Source: a virus
Taxonomy: Duplodnaviria; Caudoviricetes
Length of the DNA stretch: 64,000 bases
IMG/VR virus record: IMGVR_UViG_3300017527_001322
Span: 1,843-65,842 of that record
Direction: 5' to 3' (one strand)
Shown: in pieces, positions 8,166-17,430 of the stretch
Position numbering within the stretch: the stretch's first letter is position 1
How the letters are laid out: every line of letters begins with the position of its first letter
Translations under genes and position numbers: made by a program
The notes under the pieces: generated by a model
Told to the model about the DNA's origin: nothing
Database searches by the model: none
What the model saw: only the letters and a program-made list of their open reading frames with translations

Positions 8166-9655
8166 CCAATACCGCAATAATCCCGCAGCAACCCGCAGCC
8201 CTGGAGGCAAGGGGCCGCACGATGTCCGACCTGGTCGCCGCCCTGCAGCATGACCCGCAGGTCACCAGGATTGACACCGTGCGTCTTGCAGAGGACTTCA
8301 TCATCGAGCTGGGCCTGGCCTCCGAGTCGGGCTCACTCCCAGAACGTGAGATTGCGGAGACCGTTGGGGACTACATATCCCGGGTGTCGAAGTCCGAAGA
8401 GACCGCAGTTGAGAGGGCCATGCTCCGAGGATTGTACTCGACGAGGAGCCTGAACAAGGCACTGAGCAAGGCGCTACAGCAGAGGTTGTACAAGTTGGCC
8501 CTATCCGGTGCATGGTCTGAATCGGACGGCTTCAACTACATCCGGGACCAGGTGATTGACGTGATAAGGGAAGAGCAGGGGATGGGCTACGACAACGCTG
8601 CGCGTTGGGCTGATGCCCTGCAGGTCATCATCTGGTTGTACACCGTGGGCAATCGGGACAGGTACGGACTCACTCAAACACCAGCCCTTGCAGAGGAGTT
8701 TATCCACCTGTACTTCACCCGCCTGGCCCGAATTGCCTCACGGGTTTGGAAGCTCATCATCAGGGCCACCCAGAACACCGAGCTGCCCCAGATTTCCTGG
8801 GCACAGCTCATCAGGATGGCCAAGAGCCCAGACTTCAATCCCCAGAACCCCGGTGATACGAGGCCGGCAGCCGAGCTGTACCGGGCCATCGCCAGGATAC
8901 ACGACGCCCTGGGCATGGTGCTCAATCCCAAGTACAGCACCGCCGACATCGAGGCTGGGGCAAGGGCTGCGCTGCCGCCCATCAACCCCATCGAGTGGCC
9001 AGAGGATATTGAGCTCGACCCAGCGCAGAAGGCGCTGCTAAAGCGTGCTGTGGGCGCCGGCAAAATCATCTTCCCTGAAGAGAAGCCAGCCCTGGAAGAC
9101 AGCTACGCTGTCCAGTACAAGTTGCTCCAATTGGGGGTATGCCCTGGCTGTGGCGGCCACCTGAAAGCCCAGATACCGGAGGGTGACTGGTACTGCATTC
9201 ACTGCCAGGATGTCATAGTGGCTCCGGCAACATGGGCCGACTACTGGGAGCGTAGGTACCAGACCACCATGGGCACAATGAGCAAATGGGAGGTCTCGAC
9301 CAGGCCACAGATGGAGGCCTGGAACCCAGAGATTGTAGAGGTGGACCACCGCTTCAAGGTCTACATCTTTAACACCGTAGAGAAGGCGTACAGAGAGGAG
9401 CCCGAGGTGGACGGCGAGATATGGCAAGACACATCCGGTGAGAAGTCATTGCACGACAAGCTAGTGGAGGGTATGGCCACATACGAGGAAAAGCACGGGC
9501 TGGCACCCCGGTACATCTACGTGAACAGGAATGAGTGGGACCAAGCCAAGAAATTGGACATCGAGAATGTGACCATCCAGCCCTCCAAGACGGTCAGCTA
9601 CAGATACCAATACCACCTTTACTACGAAGAACAGGAGGCAGGAAGTGGAGACTAA
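8162..9655 (+). CDS. large hypothetical protein with an internal Zn ribbon
   Basis: 497-aa ORF with ATGA overlap; CPGC...CIHC. Confidence 0.75.
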   Translation: MTNTAIIPQQPAALEARGRTMSDLVAALQHDPQVTRIDTVRLAEDFIIELGLASESGSLPEREIAETVGDYISRVSKSEETAVERAMLRGLYSTRSLNKALSKALQQRLYKLALSGAWSESDGFNYIRDQVIDVIREEQGMGYDNAARWADALQVIIWLYTVGNRDRYGLTQTPALAEEFIHLYFTRLARIASRVWKLIIRATQNTELPQISWAQLIRMAKSPDFNPQNPGDTRPAAELYRAIARIHDALGMVLNPKYSTADIEAGARAALPPINPIEWPEDIELDPAQKALLKRAVGAGKIIFPEEKPALEDSYAVQYKLLQLGVCPGCGGHLKAQIPEGDWYCIHCQDVIVAPATWADYWERRYQTTMGTMSKWEVSTRPQMEAWNPEIVEVDHRFKVYIFNTVEKAYREEPEVDGEIWQDTSGEKSLHDKLVEGMATYEEKHGLAPRYIYVNRNEWDQAKKLDIENVTIQPSKTVSYRYQYHLYYEEQEAGSGD

Positions 9656-9971
9656 GGGGAGGGAGTACAGAGTCGTCCTGAAGGACGGCACATCTGCACC
9701 AGTGCAGGTCGTGCGCTGGTGGCCAAAGAGGGCGGAGTGGCCAGATGGTTTCTGCCCCATTCCGTACCACCTGGTGGAAGGCGCAATCCGGCGCAAGCGG
9801 CGGAACATGACCGTGGCCATGGTCCAGATGCCCGAGGGGTTGGTGTTTGGCTACACCGAGTGCGGCACCCCAATTAACGGAGTGGTGTCCAGGCGCATGG
9901 GTAAGAACATCGCTCTTGGCCGGCTGCGAAAGCAGGTCAACGAAATGGGCTACGGGATGGTGAGGGCTTAA
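9645..9971 (+). CDS. hypothetical protein
   Basis: GGAGG RBS; 'SRRMGKNIALGR' resembles a common phage family. Confidence 0.65.
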   Translation: METKGREYRVVLKDGTSAPVQVVRWWPKRAEWPDGFCPIPYHLVEGAIRRKRRNMTVAMVQMPEGLVFGYTECGTPINGVVSRRMGKNIALGRLRKQVNEMGYGMVRA

Positions 9972-10405
9972 TGGCAAGCACCTGGGGCGGCACTAGCTGG
10001 ACGACTCCGGTAACCACCACCACTGGCGACACAATTTTCTACGAAAACGAGACAGTCTCCTGGCGCACCTGCCAGCTCTGTGGTGCAACATTTGACGTAA
10101 AAGTTGGGCACATGTGTATGAGTAGGCAATCATCCACGAAGTTCAAGCTGACGTGGATAAAAGACGAAGAGGAGGAAGGCACTATGAACGACAAACTGAG
10201 GAAGTTTTTCACGAAGCTAGTTGCACGCAAGAGGCTGACCGAGGAAGCCCTTGAAGAGGTGGAGGCCATCATGGCATACCCGGACTGGGAGAAGCGCTTC
10301 CTGCTGTACCTCCTGGTCACCGAGAAGGATGTTCTCCTGGAGACCCTGGGCTACGAGCGTTCAGACGAAGATCGCCCGAACGTCATTGTTGCTCAAGTTT
10401 CCTAA
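9971..10405 (+). CDS. hypothetical protein (second in-frame start at 10184)
   Basis: TAATG coupling; internal GAGGAGG RBS. Confidence 0.55.
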   Translation: MASTWGGTSWTTPVTTTTGDTIFYENETVSWRTCQLCGATFDVKVGHMCMSRQSSTKFKLTWIKDEEEEGTMNDKLRKFFTKLVARKRLTEEALEEVEAIMAYPDWEKRFLLYLLVTEKDVLLETLGYERSDEDRPNVIVAQVS

Positions 10406-10519
10406 CACAGGCACCGATGTGCTGGTGCCTGGCGGCTTCGGCTTTCACAGAAAAGGACCGTACTACCACTTTGTGCGCAGCGTTCTCAAGGACCTCGGAC
10501 ATGAAGTAAAGTAGAATAA

Positions 10520-10610
10520 CCCTGGGTAGGCATTGCCGATGTTGGTAGTATAATCAAGCCCGTTGAAGAAACGTGGCGAGAACGGTGGTTCGATTCCATC
10601 CCCAGGGCCA
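10520..10610 (+). ncRNA. atypical tRNA-like RNA ending in CCA
   Basis: CCCTGGG/CCCAGGG acceptor stem, GGTGG-TTCGATT-CCATC T arm, 3' CCA; non-canonical core. Confidence 0.6.
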
Positions 10611-10634
10611 AGCATCAAATGAAAGGGAGAAGAG

Positions 10635-10904
10635 ATGGGCGTAGGCAAGGGAGACCCGGTAGAGAGAAAGCTGGCTGGTGACAGGGAACTTGTTGAGGCG
10701 CTAGAGGCGGCAGGGGTCAATGAATGGTTGTTCTTCGAGGCCCAGGGTACCGAGTCCACAGGCACCAGGTCCAGATGCTATGGTGCAGGCAAGGTCATTG
10801 GCTACATGGTGGAGACAACCATCCGACATCACCGGGACGACCCTGACATCCCCGAGGGAACTTTCAGGATGTACTTCCGCAAAATAGGGAAGCGCACATC
10901 ATGA
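10635..10904 (+). CDS. hypothetical protein
   Basis: RBS and operon packing. Confidence 0.6.
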   Translation: MGVGKGDPVERKLAGDRELVEALEAAGVNEWLFFEAQGTESTGTRSRCYGAGKVIGYMVETTIRHHRDDPDIPEGTFRMYFRKIGKRTS

Positions 10905-11233
10905 CCAAAACACACGATGTCCTGATAGATTTCGACCCCCTTCGCATTGCCCTGCCTGGCGCCGGGCCGTTCGTGGGCACGGTCAAGATAGTCCTGCCCG
11001 AAGTCCACGCAAAGCTAGTGGACCTCAGCATGGGCATGCACCTATTGCAGGGGGCGCACATCGGGTCAGACGGTCGGCTGTGGTCCCTCGACATCAAGGA
11101 CATCCAGGAGCCCGGGATGGAAGCTGGCGACCTGCTGAAATTCATCGCCAGTGCCGAGGGGGAGCTCCGAGAGATGCACAGGCTCATCCAAGAAGAGATG
11201 GACAAGCGGTATCTCCTGGACGACCCCCCATAA
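10901..11233 (+). CDS. hypothetical protein
   Basis: ATGA overlap with the upstream gene. Confidence 0.6.
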   Translation: MTKTHDVLIDFDPLRIALPGAGPFVGTVKIVLPEVHAKLVDLSMGMHLLQGAHIGSDGRLWSLDIKDIQEPGMEAGDLLKFIASAEGELREMHRLIQEEMDKRYLLDDPP

Positions 11234-11236
11234 CGC

Positions 11237-11265
11237 TTGACATCCGGTGCCGCCTATGGTACAAT
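11237..11265 (+). promoter_or_regulatory. promoter of the replication operon
   Basis: TTGACA-17 nt-TACAAT with extended TG. Confidence 0.85.
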
Positions 11266-11452
11266 GAGGGTAATAGGATACTGGGACTTGTGGAGTGGCA
11301 CCCACAGCAAGTGTAGTCCCGCCCGAAGCAACAGTGTGATGAGTGCGTTTCAACGACTCCTCTCGGGGGTGCGGTCCTTTGTAATCTGAGGGCCACGCCA
11401 AAGGCCCAATCTGTTGTCGGGCAGGGCCGTGTCCCCGAGAGGAGTTGTTTTC

Positions 11453-12436
11453 ATGATTACTATCTTTGACGGCAGAAAGATTAGCCTGGACGGCACACAG
11501 GATGAAATCTACGCCACGGTTTCTGTGGCATTGCGCGACAGGCTGCACGAGTTCAATACAGGGAAAAACCTCAACCCCTTTGCCATCTTCATGAAGATAG
11601 CCCTTCACATGGACCGAGATGGCTGGGCCTTCCCGGGCAGGGAGAGTATGAAGAAAAGCACCGGCCTGTCGAGTGACGCAGCCATATCTTCAGCCCTGAA
11701 GCACCTGGGCAAGATGCGCGTCGACGGACACCGAGTCCTGGCCATCTACCGGACTAAGAACAGTGAGGGGCAGTGGTCACAAACTTTGTACAGGGTATTC
11801 CCCGACGCTTTTCAGGATGGCCTGGCCAGTATGCCTGCCAGGTTTAGGTCACTTCAATTGATTCCGTTTTATGGAGCCACCACAGACAACCCACCCCCAG
11901 ATAATCTAGGGGTGGATAATCCACCCGTGGAAGATGTGGGTAATAAGGAAATCCATGAAGAGGAAGGACCACCATCTGAAAGTTCTCTGCCTCCGGCACT
12001 TTTCCCGAACTTTCCAAGCGTCCGTGAGGCCGTAGATGCGGAGTCAAACAAGAACACAAAAGCGTCTATACTTATCGGTTTGTATATGCAACTCTTCCCA
12101 GAGAAGAAGGAGCCCACCGTACCCTACGTTCACACAATGGCCGGGCGCACCGGTGGGTACACGCTCCTCGCCAGGTATCTCTGGGATGTGAACAAGCTGC
12201 AAGTGGACGGGGATGATGTGATGGCCTACATCACCAACACTCACAAGGGAGGTGGCAATGGACGACCAAATCACCAAGGAAAAAGCGAAGCGGCTGAAGC
12301 AGCTAGACGAGCTCGTGCAGAAGATGAGCGTAAAAAGCTCGACACAGAGTTCCCAGACGGGCTCGTCGTCCCCAGCGTCAGCCCAGCCGAAGTGGCAGAA
12401 CTGGCAAGAGCACGGCGTGCAGGTGCTAGAGCCTGA
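11453..12436 (+). CDS. phage replication initiator with N-terminal wHTH
   Basis: 'GWAFPGRESMKKSTGLSSDAAISSALKHL' HTH; central repeat linker; lies upstream of a DnaC-like gene. Confidence 0.8.
   Translation: MITIFDGRKISLDGTQDEIYATVSVALRDRLHEFNTGKNLNPFAIFMKIALHMDRDGWAFPGRESMKKSTGLSSDAAISSALKHLGKMRVDGHRVLAIYRTKNSEGQWSQTLYRVFPDAFQDGLASMPARFRSLQLIPFYGATTDNPPPDNLGVDNPPVEDVGNKEIHEEEGPPSESSLPPALFPNFPSVREAVDAESNKNTKASILIGLYMQLFPEKKEPTVPYVHTMAGRTGGYTLLARYLWDVNKLQVDGDDVMAYITNTHKGGGNGRPNHQGKSEAAEAARRARAEDERKKLDTEFPDGLVVPSVSPAEVAELARARRAGARA
11885..11944 (+). repeat. 15-bp periodic iteron-like repeats (putative origin)
   Basis: GACAACCCACCCCCA / GATAATCTAGGGGTG / GATAATCCACCCGTG / GAAGATGTGGGTAAT inside the initiator gene. 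Confidence 0.55.
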
Positions 12437-13142
12437 GTGCTCTATCTGCCAGGACCGCCAGTATGTCCGGGAGGATTTACCGCCCGACCATCCCAGGTTC
12501 GGGAAGTTGACTCCCTGCTCCTGCCAGTTTGACGTGGTGTTCGAGCGGTTGAAGAAGCTAAGCCGGCTATCCGAGGAGATGCAGTACTGGTACCTGGACC
12601 AGTTCATCGACCGTGAGGGCAAGCTGGGCAAGGTGGTCACTGGTTTGAGTATGCTCCTGGAGGAACGTGCTGGTTGGGCTACGCTTACAGGACCTTTTGG
12701 CACAGGCAAGACCTACCTTCTCGCAGCCTTCGCAAATGAAGCCAGGCTGGACCAACGCAGGACGGTTTACACCACCACCGCTGACCTCCTGGCAGACCTC
12801 CGGGCCACCTTCGACCCGAAGTCCAAGGAATCTACAAGCGAGCTCTTCCAGCAGGTGCTGGATGCCGAGGTCCTCTGTATCGACGAGCTAGAGAAATTCA
12901 GGGCCACCGACTGGGCCATGGAACAGTTTTTCCGCCTGGTAGAACACAGGTACCGGCTGCAAGGTGAGGCCATCACCCTCTGGGCTACGAACAAGAGGCT
13001 CACCCGGGATGGCACCGAGGTCGTCATGGAGGTCGGCGACTGGGAGGGGTACCTGGAGTCACGGATGCGTGATGGGCGGTTTGAGATATACGACCAATTC
13101 TGGGGATTGTCGGACCTGAGGCCCAAGCTGAGAAAAGGATAA
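12258..13142 (+). CDS. DnaC/IstB-like AAA+ helicase loader
   Basis: CxxC...CxC Zn site, Walker A GPFGTGKT, Walker B LCIDEL, ATN sensor and SR motif. Confidence 0.9.
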   Translation: MDDQITKEKAKRLKQLDELVQKMSVKSSTQSSQTGSSSPASAQPKWQNWQEHGVQVLEPECSICQDRQYVREDLPPDHPRFGKLTPCSCQFDVVFERLKKLSRLSEEMQYWYLDQFIDREGKLGKVVTGLSMLLEERAGWATLTGPFGTGKTYLLAAFANEARLDQRRTVYTTTADLLADLRATFDPKSKESTSELFQQVLDAEVLCIDELEKFRATDWAMEQFFRLVEHRYRLQGEAITLWATNKRLTRDGTEVVMEVGDWEGYLESRMRDGRFEIYDQFWGLSDLRPKLRKG

Positions 13143-13169
13143 GATGCACAACACAGGAGCGGTAAAATC

Positions 13170-14279
13170 ATGGAAAGAGAGTTGGCACTCGGGGCAGGAA
13201 TACTTGTCCTGGTCCCCCGCATCACTCCCAAGCAATGGGAAAAAGCGACAATCCGCAGGGTCAGCCCGATGCGCAAGAGTATCTACTACACCACCGAGGT
13301 CGGCAGAAAGAGTCACACCAGGGTCAGTGCCTACCGAAGTACGTGGGTATGGCCAGGAGACCCTGACCCCTACACCCCAGCCGAGACTGAGCATGGCGGG
13401 GGTCCTCGCACAGACTACACGCTGGGCAGGTACAACTATCCGATTGACAAGCGAAATTCTCACGAGCTGGGCATCGGCATTACTGGCTGCGCCTTTCGTG
13501 GTAGTCTCATGTGTCATGTATGCTATCTTTCCTGGGACATACCGGTCGAATGTAGCTGGAACTGCTGGCAATGCGAGCACAAGGGTACCTGTCCCTGCAG
13601 TATGCCTGGCCAGGAACTTATCATCGGCTGGAAGATGGCAGAAGAAATCGCCGAGGGGGTGGTAGGATGGAAGGCCAGGGGTATTCTTATGGAAGCTGCC
13701 GACCAGGGAGTCCAGTGGGACAAAAAGGGTCCGTTCGGTTGCATGAAATGCCTGGACACCGGCCTGGTCAACGGAGAATGGTGCGAATGTATCCGCAGCA
13801 CACTAGTGAGAGGAGTGTTCACCATGTCGTCAGGAATTAACGGAGAAGTACACGAGGGATTGCTGGAGGAGTTCAACAGATGCCGAGCGGAGATGCTGAG
13901 AATCCGAGGAGAGGAGTTTCCAATATCAGAGACCCAGGTAACCTGGAAGGCGGACGGTGGGCACATTGGAACTTTGGTGGACCACTTCAACAGGCGCATT
14001 TTGCTGAACGTCCCCATACGCATTGTCGACCAGTGGGACGGAGACAAAGGAGCGCGAATGCACGCCTTGTCCGTGCTCTGTGGCAGGCCGTTAAAGAGCA
14101 CCAAGGAGATGTATTACTTTGAGCTCCATGGCTGGCATGCCTGGGCCGTGAACCATGACGAGGAAACAGACACCTGGTCTCTACACGAAGGGCCGCAAGA
14201 GGTCATGAAGGCACTCATCTGGGACCCGTCATTCAGAGCGCTGGCCGAGGCCCAGCCGGCCATGGAACCGGTGGCGTGA
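13170..14279 (+). CDS. Cys-rich hypothetical protein
   Basis: 369 aa; AGGAG RBS; several CxxC and CxC motifs. Confidence 0.7.
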   Translation: MERELALGAGILVLVPRITPKQWEKATIRRVSPMRKSIYYTTEVGRKSHTRVSAYRSTWVWPGDPDPYTPAETEHGGGPRTDYTLGRYNYPIDKRNSHELGIGITGCAFRGSLMCHVCYLSWDIPVECSWNCWQCEHKGTCPCSMPGQELIIGWKMAEEIAEGVVGWKARGILMEAADQGVQWDKKGPFGCMKCLDTGLVNGEWCECIRSTLVRGVFTMSSGINGEVHEGLLEEFNRCRAEMLRIRGEEFPISETQVTWKADGGHIGTLVDHFNRRILLNVPIRIVDQWDGDKGARMHALSVLCGRPLKSTKEMYYFELHGWHAWAVNHDEETDTWSLHEGPQEVMKALIWDPSFRALAEAQPAMEPVA

Positions 14280-14280
14280 T

Positions 14281-14550
14281 ATGTGGAAACTAAAGAAAGC
14301 GTCAGTGGTGCTCAGGCCTAGTGGTGGCTTCCGAACCATATCAGGAGAGTTTGAGGCCACAGAAACAACCAGTGACGGGAAAACGACCTCAATCAAAACC
14401 CATACAGCCTCCGTCCTAATCAGTGCAAACGAGAGTCATGAACGAGCATGGAATATACTGGAGAGACTGTTGCTAAAAACAGTCCTGGACCACACACCGA
14501 CGCCTGGCCATCAGGATGATGAGAAACACTACGAGAAGGAGGCAGAATGA
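14281..14550 (+). CDS. hypothetical protein
   Basis: operon packing. Confidence 0.6.
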   Translation: MWKLKKASVVLRPSGGFRTISGEFEATETTSDGKTTSIKTHTASVLISANESHERAWNILERLLLKTVLDHTPTPGHQDDEKHYEKEAE

Positions 14551-15221
14551 GAACAAAGTACTACCTGGAAGAAACAAGGGTTCCGAGTGAGCAGTTCGAC
14601 GCTGTGTTTGGTGACGGGTACGAGCCCAAGAAGGATGTCGGTGATGGCACAGACGACGATTTCTCAGACATCCTAAAAGCGCAGATTGATGAGATACACC
14701 AAAAGGACTCTCTGTCCATACGCTGCTGGCTGCAAATGCTTGACGGCTCGGTCCCGGACAGTGTGTACAAATACGAGTTCGTTGTCTACAATCACGGGGA
14801 TTACTGGAGATCAAAATTCAATATGGTGAGTGGCCGGGCCGAGGCAGAGATAATCATGGGGTATGACGGCTGGGACTACACCGGGCAAAGGGAGGGCACG
14901 GCAACTTGCTTTATTGGACGCACAGACGGCACGCTGCATTCGGAGCAAGTGCGGGGCGTAGGCTGGCTCTCGCATCCAGATTATGGTAGGTACTGCAGTG
15001 CCAACCTGGTCTTCGTCATAGAACCAGCCGTCGAGCCAGAACCGGAGCCTGAGCCAGAACCGGAGCCTGAGCCAGAACCGGAGCCTGAGCCGGACGACCT
15101 GAAACAGGTCCTCATGCTTGCTGCCTGGAACGCGACATGGCTGGCAACCTATCTGAACAAGGCAATTGAGATACTGGATGAGTCAGGAGGTGGTGTAAAT
15201 GAAGAAGGGCGACCTGGTTGA
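14547..15221 (+). CDS. unknown-domain protein with (PE)n linker; paralog of 49706-50593
   Basis: AAGGAGG RBS; motif-level alignment with 49706-50593. Confidence 0.75.
   Translation: MRTKYYLEETRVPSEQFDAVFGDGYEPKKDVGDGTDDDFSDILKAQIDEIHQKDSLSIRCWLQMLDGSVPDSVYKYEFVVYNHGDYWRSKFNMVSGRAEAEIIMGYDGWDYTGQREGTATCFIGRTDGTLHSEQVRGVGWLSHPDYGRYCSANLVFVIEPAVEPEPEPEPEPEPEPEPEPEPDDLKQVLMLAAWNATWLATYLNKAIEILDESGGGVNEEGRPG
15033..15092 (+). repeat. 18-bp tandem repeat x3.3 encoding an EP linker
   Basis: GAGCCAGAACCGGAGCCT repeated exactly three times. Confidence 0.95.
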
Positions 15222-15333
15222 ATGTGGGAGCTGCGAGGTACAGTGGGTCTACAACGGGCGAGATATGTGCCCAATCTGCTACCAGCGGGACGTGAGGCCG
15301 GCCAATGAAGCAAAGACAGAAGTCACAAGCTGA
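15199..15333 (+). CDS. 44-aa Zn-ribbon protein (not in ORF track)
   Basis: MKKGDLVECGSC...CPIC; AGGAGG RBS. Confidence 0.55.
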   Translation: MKKGDLVECGSCEVQWVYNGRDMCPICYQRDVRPANEAKTEVTS

Positions 15334-15808
15334 GCTAGACATCGAGAAGCGGCAACGCTTCGCGATTCGCAGAGCTCGCTTCAATGTCAAGTGGGAACTG
15401 GCCTACCGGGGCGCTCGCTGCCCGGGGTGCTGGAAGCCGGTGTATCCCAGCGACGGAGAGTTCCACCACGCCCTGTTCCGAGAGCGGGACGCCATCACCC
15501 ACGAGCAGAAACTGTTGCTGTATGATGTCAGGAATGGCCTGGTCGTGCATCACGCCTGCCACCTCGGGGAGAACAAGCCCGGGTTTCGCACTAACAGCGC
15601 CATCATCGTCATTCACCAGGCCGGTGGGCCAGAGAACATACGGCAATACTGCGCAGGCTTAGCCGAGCACTTTGAGGTGCTGACTATACCCAAGCTCTGG
15701 GTTGAACTACTGGACGACTGGTACAGCTTGGGCGGACCGTGCCCTACTTGCCTCGGGGACAGGGTCCGCGACGGAACATGCCTGAGCTGCCTGTGGAGGA
15801 TGGTGTGA
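15305..15808 (+). CDS. HNH-like / Zn-binding protein
   Basis: CPGC...HH...RN...HHACH pattern; C-terminal CxxC pair. Confidence 0.6.
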   Translation: MKQRQKSQAELDIEKRQRFAIRRARFNVKWELAYRGARCPGCWKPVYPSDGEFHHALFRERDAITHEQKLLLYDVRNGLVVHHACHLGENKPGFRTNSAIIVIHQAGGPENIRQYCAGLAEHFEVLTIPKLWVELLDDWYSLGGPCPTCLGDRVRDGTCLSCLWRMV

Positions 15809-16062
15809 GGGACTATGAGCGAGAGCGCGACTGGATGCTCGTGCGTGGCAGGTGGCACAAGCACAGAGAGCTGGAAAAATGGTGGGAGTGCCGGTGTGGG
15901 AGCAGCCTTGTGCTCAAGTTCCGGGACGGGTGGGTCACAGAATGCGCTGCCGACCTAAGCCATAGTCCAGACACACACTTCATCACCCAGACGGTGGCGC
16001 ACGAAGAGAAAGCCAAGATGATGGAGTACCAGGGATGGTACGACCAAGGGAAGGAGAACAGA

Positions 16063-17181
16063 ATGGCATTTGTAAAGGACAGGCACACAGAAGACGGCGC
16101 ACTCCGGGGTCAGCCCAGGGTCCGCCGAGCTGGGCGCATAGCGCTTGGCGAGAAGCGTCAGGGTGGCGGGGCAAGGTCGTTGCCCTACTTCAGGTTTGTT
16201 CCCTTTGAGGAGACTGATGCCGGGCTAGCAATGATGCAGCAGGTACAGACAGTCCTTGAAGAATACGGCATAGACTCAGAGCAGCCGAAGGCGCTGCCGG
16301 CCTACCTGCCAGCAAACGCCGTAGAGCTGTTTGCATCCAGTTCTTACAAGCTGGCCGGCAATGAGGGCCGTCCCCGGTGTGTTGGTGATGGCCAGAACAT
16401 CAACTTCAAGCTGGGACCCCAGAACAAGCTGGAGGTCTCCCACGATGAGGTCTCTGCCTTCACGGTGAACATCGACGGCACGGAGTTCAAGAAGGGTGAA
16501 CAGATACCATGCCCGGGCCGCGCCCAGGAGGGCAGGTGGTCACACTGTGAGAAATGTGGTCTCAAGCTGTCAATCGACCTGCAAATTGCCCACCTGCCGT
16601 ACATCTGGCAACTGACGACCGGCGACCAGGCATTCTACGACCAGTTCTTCACAGTGCTAGCCATGTGCCAGGACTACGTGCGCCAGGGAGATGCCCGGTT
16701 CTTGACCGAGATTCCATTGCTGCTGCGCAGGGAGCCAGGCATGAAGGCCAGACCGGAAGAGAGACAGGGAGAAACATACCTGAAGTGGCAGGAGATGCCC
16801 ACGCTATCAATCGAGGTCCATCCCATCTGGACGGCCACCGTCGCAGCAAGCCGTGTTGCTAGCCTTACTCCAGGCGGGGCACTGAAGGCTTTGCCCGAGG
16901 GAGAAACCGGGGACCAGGAACCCGAGGAGAAGATTGTCGGCACGGGTTCACCACTGGACAAATTAGACTGGGCCGAAGGTGTCAACAAAGACCCGGTGGA
17001 CAAAGAGTTCTGGCCAGAGTTCTACAAGCACGTGATAGCGCAGATGGGCTACCCGGACGAAAAGTCAATCAACCAGGTGCTGCAGGAGGAATTCAAGACA
17101 GGGAAGAATACCCAGAGCCAGCCGGCTGGGGTGTTGTGGTCAACACTGCAGAGACGTATCACCCCTCCGCCAGAGGGGTAG
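16063..17181 (+). CDS. Gp3-like (recombination directionality factor-like) protein
   Basis: 'RRAGRIALGEK...SLPYFRF', 'C-x-GDG' and CP...C motifs; AAGGAG RBS. Confidence 0.65.
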   Translation: MAFVKDRHTEDGALRGQPRVRRAGRIALGEKRQGGGARSLPYFRFVPFEETDAGLAMMQQVQTVLEEYGIDSEQPKALPAYLPANAVELFASSSYKLAGNEGRPRCVGDGQNINFKLGPQNKLEVSHDEVSAFTVNIDGTEFKKGEQIPCPGRAQEGRWSHCEKCGLKLSIDLQIAHLPYIWQLTTGDQAFYDQFFTVLAMCQDYVRQGDARFLTEIPLLLRREPGMKARPEERQGETYLKWQEMPTLSIEVHPIWTATVAASRVASLTPGGALKALPEGETGDQEPEEKIVGTGSPLDKLDWAEGVNKDPVDKEFWPEFYKHVIAQMGYPDEKSINQVLQEEFKTGKNTQSQPAGVLWSTLQRRITPPPEG

Positions 17182-17214
17182 ATTGCTTAGCCGTAAATAG
17201 TATATAGCAGGGGC

Positions 17215-17430
17215 CTATTCGGTCCCTGCTTTTTCTTCCTCGTCCTTCTTTTTGTTGCCCACGAGCCACAGGCCGTCAGGCCGCTGCTCTAGCCGGAAGT
17301 CATCGCTGAGGCCGCCGCTCGCGCCATATGTCGTCATCAACTCCTCGATGTCTGCTCCGAGCTCTTCACGTTCGTTGATGAGCGTCGCCAGTGCGAGCGC
17401 TCGACCCTTACTCAGCTTCAGTTCCAATAT
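17215..17430 (-). CDS. small protein after the tail fibre
   Basis: GGAGG RBS near the tail fibre end; start position approximate. Confidence 0.5.
   Translation of the reverse strand: MLELKLSKGRALALATLINEREELGADIEELMTTYGASGGLSDDFRLEQRPDGLWLVGNKKKDEEEKAGTE

Noticed and set aside
10520-10610. tRNA-Sec partner for the UGA gene
   Set aside because: A TCA triplet is present but not centred in a 7-nt anticodon loop, and there is no 8/5 acceptor/T geometry or long D stem
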